A DNA stretch of 64,000 bases from Mytilus californianus (Eukaryota), in contig NW_026262593.1 in NCBI RefSeq assembly GCF_021869535.1, positions 5,952,001 to 6,016,000 on the forward strand. Reading direction: 5' to 3'. Of this stretch, positions 52,280 through 64,000 are shown piece by piece. Position 1 is the stretch's first letter; each line of letters starts with the position of its first letter. The notes under the pieces are model-generated. The model worked only from the letters and a program-made list of their open reading frames with translations, was not told where the DNA came from and made no database searches. The position numbers and the translations under genes were made by a program.

Positions 52280-52990
52280 TGTTATATATCTTTAATCATT
52301 TGCATTCACATAATCTATTATATTATAAGTTTCAGTCGGGATTTATTCCCGTATATTCTACTACCCACCAGTTGATCGAGTTGTATTATAATATTATAAT
52401 GGCATTAAACGACAAGCAAGTTACTAGTATAACATTTGTGAATATAAGTAAAGCATTTGATACAGTTTGGATCAAAGGTCTTTTATATAAACTTGAAAAA
52501 TATGGCATTAATGGGGATTTATTATGTTGGTTGAATAGTTACTTATCGGGACGGTCACAAAGAGTGGTTATGAAAGATTCAGTCCACATTGGGCTGCTTA
52601 AGAGCTGGTGTGTCCCAGGGGTCGGTACTGTGTCTATTATTGTTCTTGGTTTATATAAATGACATTGAAGATGATCTAAGTGGGTTCAGTAGACTTTTTC
52701 CTGATGACACATCTATTGGCCATACAGCACTTGATGTTACACGTCTAAACACTTTAATAAATATTGATCTAGATAATTTGCAAAATTGGTCTGAAAAGTG
52801 GATGCTAAAATTTAATCCTAATAAAACAGATATCATGATTTTTAATACTAGGAATATGCAGAACGTCCTTACTTTTGATTTTGGTGGAGTCTCAATAGCT
52901 CCTGTAGATACACATAAGCATTTAGGTATTATTTTTAGTAGTGACTGTAAATGGAATAAAAATGTTGATAAACTGTATATAACGGTTAAC
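52280..52990 (+). pseudogene. CR1/L2-clade LINE reverse transcriptase fragment
   Basis: STTHQL...SKAFDTVW..GLLYKL..YGI.G.LL.WLNSYLSGRSQRV; GVSQGSVL..LLFLVYINDI; RLFPDDTS; WSEKWMLKFNPNKT; HKHLG. Confidence 0.92.
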
Positions 52991-55900
52991 ATAAGTTCGT
53001 CTCAATGGATTTCAATTATTAAGTTAATACAAAAAGGATGCTTACATTAAATCTATGTTCTTGTCATCTCTTTATCCGTATTTTTAACGTCAGAATTTAA
53101 TATCAGTATCACAATAATATATATTGCACGTTACTATTTACAAATTGTACAGGTAAATAGAATGTCCTTGAAAAACACACGCATATCAGTAGGTGTTTTC
53201 CATTTGGACCGATCGTTTGGTATAAACCTTGGGTGTGTTTGATTATTCAAAATTAAAACGTTGGATATCCATTGAGCCGCTTCTATTATTTTCTTGTTTA
53301 TAAATATTATAATAATAATTATTGTTATTTATTTAATTATTTTTCATGCCTTCATGCTTATTAGAAAATTACACATTTATGTAATGTGCAATATAAATTT
53401 AATGTATACTCATGTATATTATGGAGAAGACGGAACTAAGTTGGAAAACTTGTGTCTAATCCATTTGTTTTATACACTAAAATATGTTTAAAATAAACTA
53501 GCAAGCTATAAAGGGCCCCAAAATGACTAGTGTAAAACAATTCAAACAGGAAAACTAACGGTATAATCTATATAAAAAACGAGAAACACCTATGAACCAC
53601 ACCAACAAACGACAACCACTGAACAACAGCAACCACTGAACAACAGGCTCTTGACTTTGGACAGGTGCATAAAAATGCAGCGGATTTAAACGTTTTAACT
53701 GGCGCCAACCATCACCCTAACCTGAGACAGAAGTGTAACATTACAACATAAAATATCAATTGAAATGGCTTGACTCGATCAAAAAGACATTTAAAAAAAA
53801 CACTGAACGAATAAGTTTGATCTATGACACAATATAAATACAATATTAAAACGTAGGTTCCTATATAACACAGATGTTACAGGTTGTAATAAAAAATATG
53901 TAGGAAGAGTGCCAATAAGACAACTCTTACCTGGGACAAAATGGCGTTGAATAAAACAACGTACACAGGTTAATTTGAATATAATAATTTTGATGTTAGG
54001 AGTACGGAAGTAAACATTTTTTTACAAAATTGATATATTTGTTGTTCAGAGTACGAGTACAAAAGTGAAAATTTATCGTCATACTAAATACTTATCAAAG
54101 GTGGTACATATTAAAAACAGTGAGACGAGATATTACACAAAATAAGTTAACATTGCATTACAGAAATGCATTACAAATTGTGTTAACAGGTCAAATCAAC
54201 ATGAAAGTACGATTTGAGAGTACTCGCATTTGCTGAAAGCTAGTTAAAAGCCAAAAACAATTAACAATAAAAAGTCATGCATCAGAGACTAAAATCAATT
54301 AAAACACATCCCAGGGATTTAGTGTTTTAACGCCATGGACAGTCAAAGAAGACATGCCAAAATAAAAGTATCGACAGGCAGTAGGATCGTTAGGATTTAA
54401 CCATATAATAAATATGTATCATGTTATATATAGATAAAGCAATATATAAATAGAAAATTAAAACCATTCTAAGAATACAAATTTAGTTATGTTTTAATTT
54501 GTTGATGACAAAATCGATGTTAGTGCCATTTGAAAACAATATTCAAAGATATTATCACAACATTAATAAGATTTTTATGCAAAATGTCCCCACTTATATT
54601 TCGTTATAATTATTAAAGTACAAATAAAAGCAGGTGCTAGATATACTCGAGGAAACAGCAACTTAAAGACAAAAAATACCAAAAACGACATCAAGAGGGC
54701 AACATAGAGATTACAACAAAAGACAGATATAAAAATAAGGAGGTGTGGTATAATTGCCTATATAAACAATTTGTCAGGCTTAACAGGGATCTAGTTTTAA
54801 TTATTGTCTTGATGTGCTGTATTTTTATCATACTGAGCTCTTATTTTAGTTGTCATTGTTTATTGTGTAGTTTACTTAATTTATATAAGCAATTAATTGT
54901 CTTTTTATGAGATTATTTAGGGGTAGTGCCTTATTCCTTTTGGTCATTTTCAGAAGCCTTTGTTCAATTATGAAGTAAAATATTTTTTAAGTTTACAAGA
55001 AATCATTACTCTTAGACCTTTTACAATGATTTGGATCAATACTATTTGCTATTAGTAGTTTCAAATTGGAAAATTTTGATTTTTAGTACAAACCGTCTTT
55101 TTTTTATTTGTATAATAGAGCTTTCCATGAGTGCTTTTGGTACTTTTATTATTGTTTTCATTATAACTTTGCTTTGAATTGAAAAGAAACAGCAGTTGAA
55201 GTAATAGCTCACTTGTTTTGATAATAATTGCACCCTAAATTGTGCTTTGTGTTGAGAAAATGATTTTATTACATAAAAAAATACTATTAAAAATAACCGT
55301 ACAGTGATATATATACTAAGTATATTTCTTAATATTTGCCGTGGTTGGATTTTTTATATTTCTTTTATCTGTCATAGTAGTTCATTTTGATTTATTCATC
55401 TTTTAACTACACTTCACCTTTTCGATATTTTAGCATTTCTTCTGGTCCTAATTTGGGTAAAATAGCCAATTCCTCAAACACGTTTTATAAATACTTAAAA
55501 AAAATGAAATATATATTTATTATTTTGTCTTTTTTATTTCCTTAACAATGCTTTATCACATGAATTGGTCAAAAAAGATATCTATATTTATCATGGCTAT
55601 AACCGATTATTTGTTGGATAAATTTGCTTAAAAAACCTTAAATTTGGCAATTTTCCCGTCAAAAAGGATGAAAATAGATGGCGCTGCCAAACTCGGCTAT
55701 CCCATAAAATTTAAGCAAAAACTTTTACAAGTTAAACTGGCATGGCCAAAGTGTTTTGTGTACCATAATTCACGAGATTCTATGAGATTCACTCCTAGAC
55801 ACTTTTGCATGGTTTTCTGTGAAAAAGGCTCTAAAATTACAAAATCTATGATAGTATATTTAGAAAGACAATTTTGAAAGATCATATCACAGTGATAAAT

Positions 55901-57589
55901 TCATAACCTTTAAATATAAGTTTATTTAAGTGATCAGTTAGTTTACATAAATCGTATCTGAAACCCAATATTTGTATCTATGGAAGAATAACGTAAAGGT
56001 GATTAATCCTTAACTAAATAATTTGATTCCGTCGATTGAAATTTAAAACGTCACTGCAGCCACTGCCATAAAGTTCAAGATTTTCAATCTTCCTTTGCCG
56101 CTGGTAAATTTATCACGATTTTCTTAACAGCAAAGTTAAAATATTTGGCGGGAAAAGAAAAAAATGGTGGTAACGGAACATTTTCCAAGAGTGCACAACA
56201 TATTGAAACGTCGTATATACAGAGCCTTACAGGAACTGGGCACAAATTTACGAAAGTAAAAAATCTCGGCTGCAAAAGGGTGAATGGTTAATCAACCTAA
56301 GATTGTTTATATCAGATGACACAGCTGATAAACACATGTTTTTGCTGTGTCCATTTTAATAGAACATAGAGGTATTATATTGCTCTTTAGTTTGACATTT
56401 CGTGGCCTATTTGGATTAAATTGTTGAATTGGCCTTTCGTTTTAGTGTCTCCTTTCTATATTTTCACTTCGAAGAAATGATATCAATTACACGATTAGAA
56501 TTCCTTGGTTCAAAAGCTTCCATAAAAGCCCACATACATGATGTTTCAAAATATAAGGCATTACACATCACATCAATATAGAGTAAATCATACTAATAAA
56601 TAATAAAAAAAAAACACTACATATAAACATATAGTTTGTTCTGACTATAAAAATGATGTGCAAATATCGAATTAGAGAGAATTTGTTCAATTTTGAAACT
56701 GATTATCTAAATTTGAAAACAAACTTAACCAAAGAGAATACTAATTACAAATATCCGGACATCTGAATGGGGATTCAAAGGATATCTTGTAAGATTCGTC
56801 ACTTTAACCACACAAAGCGTTGTAAAAATTTAAAAGAAAAGGGCAATAAAATAAATGAAGTGCAAGATGAATTTCTTTTGTATACATTTTCCACCTATTT
56901 TTTAAATCAGGAACAAGGTCAACCAAAACGTGCTATATTTTACAAAGGTAATTCAGTCTGAAATAAACAATCCACATCAGCATATACAGCAAGAAAAAGG
57001 ACTTACATTTTTCATCTATGGGCATAAACTGCCACAATTTGAAAGATAAACATACACATTATAGATAGCAACTGGTGAAATTAAGTGACCAGCCGGACTT
57101 TAAAAGCCGAGGATACGTCACCCCCTGCAAACATTTTTCCTTCCTGGGCTGGCAAGCCTTAATCAAGTGTTAATTTTGCGACCAGGACTCTCCTCTCTAA
57201 AAATTACCTCCAGTCATCTGATTTGTCTAGAAACTAGACTCTTTTCATTGACATTTTATTTGATATAAAAATAAGGAGATGTGGTATGACTGCTAACGAG
57301 ACAACTAGTCACCAAAGTTCAATAAAGCGGATGTAAGCAATTATAGGCAACCGTACGGCCTTCAACAATGATAAAAACCCATACCGTATATTCGGCTATA
57401 AAAAGCCCCCACATGAAAAATATGAAACAATTCAAATGTGAAAACTAACGTCCTAATTTACAACAAAACAATTTACTGACAGTTACTGACAGCTAGTTCA
57501 AAGCCAATAACAACTAATAAAAAAATCATTTAAAACAACTTATATGTTGGTTGGAACGAATCAAAAAAGAGCTGTGATAGGTCATAATC

Positions 57590-58177
57590 TAAATATATCA
57601 ATACAAGATAACCAATAACAGTTGTTGAAACACAAAAGCTTCTAGGTATATATATTGACAAAAATTTAGACTGGAAATTTCAAATTGATCATGTATGTAA
57701 AAGCATAAGTACTCGTATTGCACTGTTATCCAGAATTAAGAAATATCTAGATATTAGTAGTAGAAAATTATTTTATAATGCATATATTCTGCCCATATTT
57801 GTTGCTCAATATGGGGAAATTGCAATGCAGATGGAATTCAAAGAATTGATAAGATGCAGAAAAGAGCTGCCAGAATTATACTTGACGCACCAATACTAAC
57901 ACATACTGCACATTTATTTAAAGAGCTGAATGGTTAAATTTCAAACCTAGGATTTCTTATCATAAATTGATTCTTGTTCATAAAATTATCAATAATAAAG
58001 CACCTAATTACCTTAAAGAACGATGTTGTCCAATTATAAACCTACACAGCAGAAATTTAAGATCATCTGCAAATAATAATCTAGTTGTAGTGAGGCCTAA
58101 TACGTTTTTTTATATTTTTTGTGAGGGCCTCAAGGTAGATTAGTGAATGCTAATTGAGTCACCCTCTTTAAATAAAG

Positions 58178-58213
<36 letters not shown>
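57590..58213 (+). mobile_element. CR1/L2-clade LINE 3' end with (ATT)n tail
   Basis: QKLLGIYIDKNLDWKFQIDHVCKSIS.RIALLSRIKKYL...LFYNAYILP..IWG...KMQKRAARIIL, then AATAAA followed by (ATT)n at ~58170-58213. Confidence 0.9.
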
Positions 58214-58214
<1 letters not shown>

Positions 58215-59809
58215 GTATCTAAGACAACATTCTGATCTGTAGCCATCCCGGTTGCGAGTTCATTTAACTGTAGCTCTATGGGAATGAGGCAACCTTGTAA
58301 AATGGACAAACAAAATCTAATTATCTAATTATTTAAATGTGTTTTATTTTAGAATTCTGCTATTTCTAACCATCAATGCATACTGAAATTAAAGACAAAA
58401 GAGATACCGATTCGACATGCATTTTAATAGACACGTCAAAATCGAGACAACACTAGATCAATAATGTTCAAATATATTCACATACTTTGGGTTATATCTT
58501 GGATACTCTAATGTCTGATACCATCTAATTCTTATCATGGAAGCAAACACGATCACAAAATCTGTGAAAATTTCAATTTGTTTTTTTAAATTTCATACAT
58601 CCTAGAACAAAAATCGGAAGTAAGTTCAAATGTTTTTTTGTTTAATTACATATGAAAGAGGACAACAGGGATCGACAAAAGATAAAAGATTGTACAACAT
58701 GTATCACATCAACCACCAACACCAGACCCTCTAACAAAACAGATATACAAGCAAAAACAAACCACAACGAACAGCACATGGGTAAGATAGCATGATTTGT
58801 CACATAATGTGTTCGGTCAATTATGTAACAGTAGACATCATCCAAAGTATATCATCTCAAAATAATTTGTAATCTTAGTAACTATGAACATGTCTTAATC
58901 ACTTTGACAATTGCTGAAACTATTGTCCCAGTTGACCGATACAATGTACTAATTTTTACATTCAAAAAAGCATAATTTGCCTTTTAGGACGGTACATGTT
59001 CATATACACCCATTTAACCTATGATGATAGGATTAATGAAGAATGAAAATAACTTATTACTTATCAGACTTACCGTCGAATACCGATCGAGTAACTTATT
59101 TGTATCATGTAAAATATCCAATAAAAAAAAGTTAAATACAACATTAAAATGTATAACTTGAAACGCAACCATGGTACAGTATGCAATTTTTCCGAAATAA
59201 ACAATATGTCAGCCTTCAGCATATAATAATTAATTCTGGAAAGTTGATAGAATTGATATTTTATATAGATACAACAAATATATATATGAAATATGCATTC
59301 ATGCAACTAATTGGCTGTTTCTTATTTTATAGCGCGTTAAGCTCATCATTCTACGGATTTGTGTCATTCATTGTTACTAAAGTATTTCATTTTCATAAAT
59401 CGTTTTCATTGTTGAGCTCTCATAAACATAGGTTTTCAGAGGTAAAAAGAGAAAAAACAATTGTACAAATTATGACGTACGAGGAGTGCCTTTGTATGGT
59501 TATGTGTTTTTAAATCAATTTGAATTATCTGTTTTATTGATTTAAAGTCTATGTTGCAACTTTAAAGAAAAACTGAAATATGGTCTGATTTGCACTGTCT
59601 AGTATTTATACTGATAGGTCCAAGTTAAGTTTGCTCTTGCCCGAGTTTTACAAATAATTTTATCACCGACAGTTCAACCCGATCAAAAATAATGCAACAT
59701 CAGTTTACTGATGTTCTAAACTAGTAAATTAATATAGAATATTCTAAGAGAGAATAAAACCTGAATGAATCGAATGATATTTTGGGGAAAAGAGACCGGA
59801 TGTAAACAA

Positions 59810-60830
59810 GTGTTCTTCTGTGACGGGAATGGGCCTCTGATAATACATTGTGGAAATAGTCTTCTTCTGTGACATGATTGAGCCTTTCTTAAGATATTGT
59901 GTTCTTATGTGACAGGATTTGGCCTCTTATAATATATTGTTTAAATAGCGTGCTTCTGTGACAGGGTTGGTCCATTTATAAAATATTGTGTTAATAGCAT
60001 TCTTCTGTGACAGGGCGGGGCCATTTATAAGATATTGTGTAAATAGCGTGCTTCTGTGACAGGAGAGGGCCCTTCAAATATATTGCATAATTAGCGTGCT
60101 TCTGTGACAGGGCGTGGCCTTTTATAAGATATTGTGTAAATTTCGTTCTTCTGTGAAAGGATGGGGCCTTGTATAAGATTTTGTATAAATAACGTTCTTC
60201 TATGACAGGGTGGGACCTTTTATCAGATATTCTGTAAATCGCAATCTTCTGTGACAGGGTATGACCTTTTATAAGATATTCTGTAAATCGCGTTCACCTG
60301 TGACAGGGTGAGACCTTTTATAAGCTTTGTGTAAATAGCGATCGTCAGTGACAGGTTGGGACCTTTTATAAAATATCCCGTAAATCGCAATCTTTTGTTA
60401 CAGGGTGGGACCTTTTAAATAAAATATTCTGGAAATCGCTTTCGTCTGCGACAGAAGGGGGGGGGACCTATTATAAGATAGATGGCAGATAGCGTTCTTC
60501 TGTGACAGATTGGACCTTTTATAAGATATTGTGTAAATAGCGTTCGTCTGTGACTGGGCGTTATTGTGCAAATAGCATTCATCTCTGACAGGGTTGGACC
60601 TTTTATAAGATATTGTGTAAATAGCGTTCTTCTGTGACAGGGTAGAGAACCTTTTATAAACTATTGTGTAAATAGCGTTCTTTTGTGACATGATGGGACC
60701 TTTTATCAGATATTGTGTAAATAGTGTTCTTCTGTGACAGGGTGGGACCTTTTACAGATATTGTGTAAAAAGCGTTTTTCCGTGACAAGGAGGTACCTTT
60801 TTCAAGATATTGTGAAAATTGCGCTTTTCA
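59810..60830. repeat. 49-bp tandem array, ~21 diverged copies
   Basis: CTGTGACAGG recurs at 59956, 60005 and 60054, and so on. Confidence 0.95.
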
Positions 60831-61609
60831 GTGCAAAGAATTAATGATCGTATTCATTTATTGCCACTCCGCCGATGAAACTGACCGCCACGACGACAAA
60901 ATAGCCAATAGTGCTGAAAGTGGCAGTAACACCAATCAGTCAATTTATTGTCATGTTAATGTTTTTATTGAATCTTTAAATAAACTTTTGACGTCGATCA
61001 TCGATTTATCAATTGTTTTCATCAGCAATCTTTCAGCAACCATTACGTAGGCCACCAGGTTTCCTGAACCGTTCATCATTATTGTAGAACGGTTTAAGTA
61101 CTTTATCTATAGAAATAATCTGAACACTCTTATATTAAATGGTATCATTAACATTTCTCTTTAGTTTTCAAAAGACTTTATATTGGTAACAGCATTGTGC
61201 ATCAATATTTATGAAACTGTAAACACCACCACTAATACCATTTCTCCAGTAGGAATCTGAAATTGTTTTAATACTATCATTAATTCCATAATATGTGAAA
61301 TTGGAATATAAATTCTTCCCTACATTTTGAGTAATTTAAAAATCTTCTTTGAAAACCTGGTTCATTTAAAAATATTTGTATTTAACTTAAATTTTTCGAC
61401 ATGCGTACGCGTTGTTTGTGTTTGTTTAGATGAACATTTCCATGGATGATTCGATTGTTGGTGTAGTTGATGATACTGTTCCATTTTTTTTTTTTGTAAT
61501 TCCCGCGATTATTTTTATGTTTTAACATTAAAATGATTTATTAGGGTGATTAGATCTGCATTAATAAAAATTAGAGTTGATACGAAATTTACAATCAACA
61601 ATCATATTA

Positions 61610-62075
61610 AGTCTAGAAAATACGGAAAACACCATGGCCAAACGAAAACTGCTCACAAAACACATCACAACAAAGTAAACATTGAGCAACAAAAATCAAA
61701 CCAAATCCGAGGGTGAATTCAAGCGTTCTTTCAGGAGCCCTGGTTAACTAGTTTACTAGGGGTATTCATCGTTTTTACTTATGAAAATTCAAAATCCGAT
61801 GACAATTTGCAGTGGGAGATATCCCAAATAAGTTATAAAAAGGAGGCAAATGATACCTAGGGGACAACTCATTAATTGAAGAGAAACAGACAATGCCATA
61901 ACATAGAACGGAAAACGACGAAAAGACGAATAATTCCACAAAACAATACATAGAAAGCTAAAGATTGAGAAACACGAACCTAACCAGAAATCGGGGGTTA
62001 ACTCAGGTTGCGCTCCGGCAGGGTAAGCAGTTCTTGCACCACACGTTGCACCCGTCTTGTTGCTCATGTGGTACC
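61610..62075 (-). mobile_element. Penelope-like 3' terminal repeat
   Basis: Inverse copy of the 1520-1855 family, immediately 3' of the RT remnant. Confidence 0.7.
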
Positions 62076-62079
62076 TATC

Positions 62080-63650
62080 TGGTGATACTTGTCTTTAAAT
62101 TTACTATTTATCTTTGTTATTTCGAATCAATTTCGATCAAATTATACACAGTATGCAGGTGCTGCTTGGATGCTGATAAGTAGAAATGGAAGGTTCCATA
62201 TGAGAAAATTTAAATTAACATGTTTTACTTTTGTCGTAAAGTTTAGCTCCTAACCGATTTTTCAAGTTATCGATATTACATGTTTGGAAATTAATGTATC
62301 CACATTTAATATACTCCGCCCGAATATCAGCATGTTAAGTATGTTTGCTCCTCTTGTTTTTGAATTTTTGCCAGATATTGGGACTCCTCTGGTTTTATCC
62401 ATGTAGTGCCATCAAAAAATTTGCTTGCTAAACCCCCATTTTTCTTTTCATAATTTTATTACATATAGTTTAAAAGGCCATATTTGAAAATCTTATAAAA
62501 TCCTTGTTATTTTTTCATTTTTTTTGAAAGAAAAAAGGTACCAATGTTAAATGTATGAAAAATCTAGAGAGAATCATTTCCCGGCAAATTTGCAATGGCT
62601 TATATCTCGAAAACAAGCACACGGACCCGTCATTTTTTTCTGCTTTTCTAGTTCCTTCATTTATATACTATCAACTTTTAACAGTCTTTTGAAAAGCTTG
62701 TTATTTTGAAACAGAGTAGCGAACATCCTTAGATATCATATATATAACAGGTAAAAATCTTACTACTTTTATAGAATTCTCTTTTGACATTCACAAAAGG
62801 TAGCAATTTATCTATGTTTATGACTCAGGTGCTAATAAAGTCCTTATAGTGTACACATGCACAAGCGTAATGTATTAACTGAAATATGTAAATACAAAAC
62901 GATGGAGCAGAGGGTATGTTACTGTTTAGAAATTAAAAGATGACAATAAAAATTGAAATCATCACGTTTCCTATAGAGTACAAACATTTTATAATATCAT
63001 TTTTAGTGTATTTTGTTATGGGAATCAGTGTGATTCTTCACACAGTAAGATTTTTCGCGAGGAATTTGTATTTTACTTTTTTTTTTTTTGTAGAAAAAGC
63101 TCTGTTAAATGAGACTATGTATTTGATCTTTCAATTGAGCAAGGGGAATAGGAATATAGTAGTGTGAGACGTAGACAAATCAAAGGGTTTGATATTACTG
63201 CAAAATTATACAGATTGCGATTGGAGATTTTGGAGTATAATTTTAGAATTTTTAAGAATCCACATCTGATTGACACCGCTGGTAGAATATACGTCACCAC
63301 GATACTTCTGAAGGCTATATTACTGTAGAAAAAACTGTGGTAAGAACTTTAGACATATGTTTAGTCTTGACAACGGCTTCATATCGTTCTTTATAAGGAT
63401 TTTTGTGTAGTTTAGGTATCCAGTGTAAAAATTGGAGATTTTCATAATCCTTTCTAATTGTAATACCAAAGGAGGAAATTACGAATTTTTATTTTCTAAA
63501 ATTTTTCCACCAATGAATGATGTAGAGGTATATGTCACAAATGATAGTGTTTTCCATGTTTTTGAAGAATCAATTCTTAGGCAGGAATATAATTACTTTT
63601 GAAAAACGTGTAATTTACCACTTGGTATGCAGTTTATCTCAATGAGTAGA
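62080..63650 (-). pseudogene. Penelope-like retroelement reverse transcriptase remnant
   Basis: Minus strand: LPILHWIPKLHKNPYKERY; SGVNQMWILKNSK; IKPFDLST; YIYD (from YIDD) near 62740; KLYDK..NLNFLIWNLPF..QAAPAY..LIR. Interrupted by an unrelated ~0.5-kb insert at ~62240-62730. Confidence 0.88.
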
Positions 63651-64000
63651 TAATAGATTTTAGTGATATATGTTAAAGATATGTACTTTGAGGATGTCTC
63701 TAGATTTTTAAACAATCAAAAGGATTTTTTCTTTGTTGAAAGGTTGGTTTGTTTATTTTAGTTTTGTATTCGCACATATGAATGAATTTTATAGTATTTT
63801 CTCATAAAAGAACCACTATATCATATGCAAATTTTATTACCACTACATTATGTACAGATTTTCATTCTAAAAATAATTGATCAATCACTGAAAAGTATGG
63901 CAAAAATATTCCAACTTTTGTTAAAAATATCTACTATTTTATTTTTCCCATGCTGTATAGAGACTTTATTCTATTTCGCAATGCCGGCAATGTTAAAGCT

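Noticed and set aside
60850-60910. GCCACTC...CCGATGA...GAAAGTGGC resembling a type III hammerhead
   Set aside because: Stem I is only 2 nt, the core has CCGAUGA and stem II does not pair.

Overview
AT-rich, repeat-dense eukaryotic genomic DNA. The repeat and gene families look like a bivalve mollusc, probably Mytilus; this is from recognition, not a database search. Host coding content is sparse: two exons of a coiled-coil + C1q-domain gene (+, 39857-41380), a Thr/Ser-rich mucin-like terminal exon with a transmembrane segment (+, 29137-29801), an isolated WSC-domain half exon (-, 49674-49801) and an orphan, very acidic ~280-codon reading frame with splice and polyA signals (-, 21224-22070). 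Most other sequence is mobile DNA: Penelope-like retroelement remnants, CR1/L2- and RTE-X-like LINE fragments, Helentron-associated (HINE-like) elements, several MITEs, a hAT remnant and a complete TTAA-flanked piggyBac. There are also at least seven tandem arrays and two local tandem duplications. Best findings: (i) a structurally intact minimal type I hammerhead ribozyme in a 540-bp retrozyme-like unit (31735-31778, -); (ii) a piggyBac whose transposase is split by three spliceosomal introns and whose empty insertion site survives in a paralogous repeat in the same window; (iii) the orphan acidic ORF. No tRNA, rRNA, CRISPR array or prokaryote-type system was seen.
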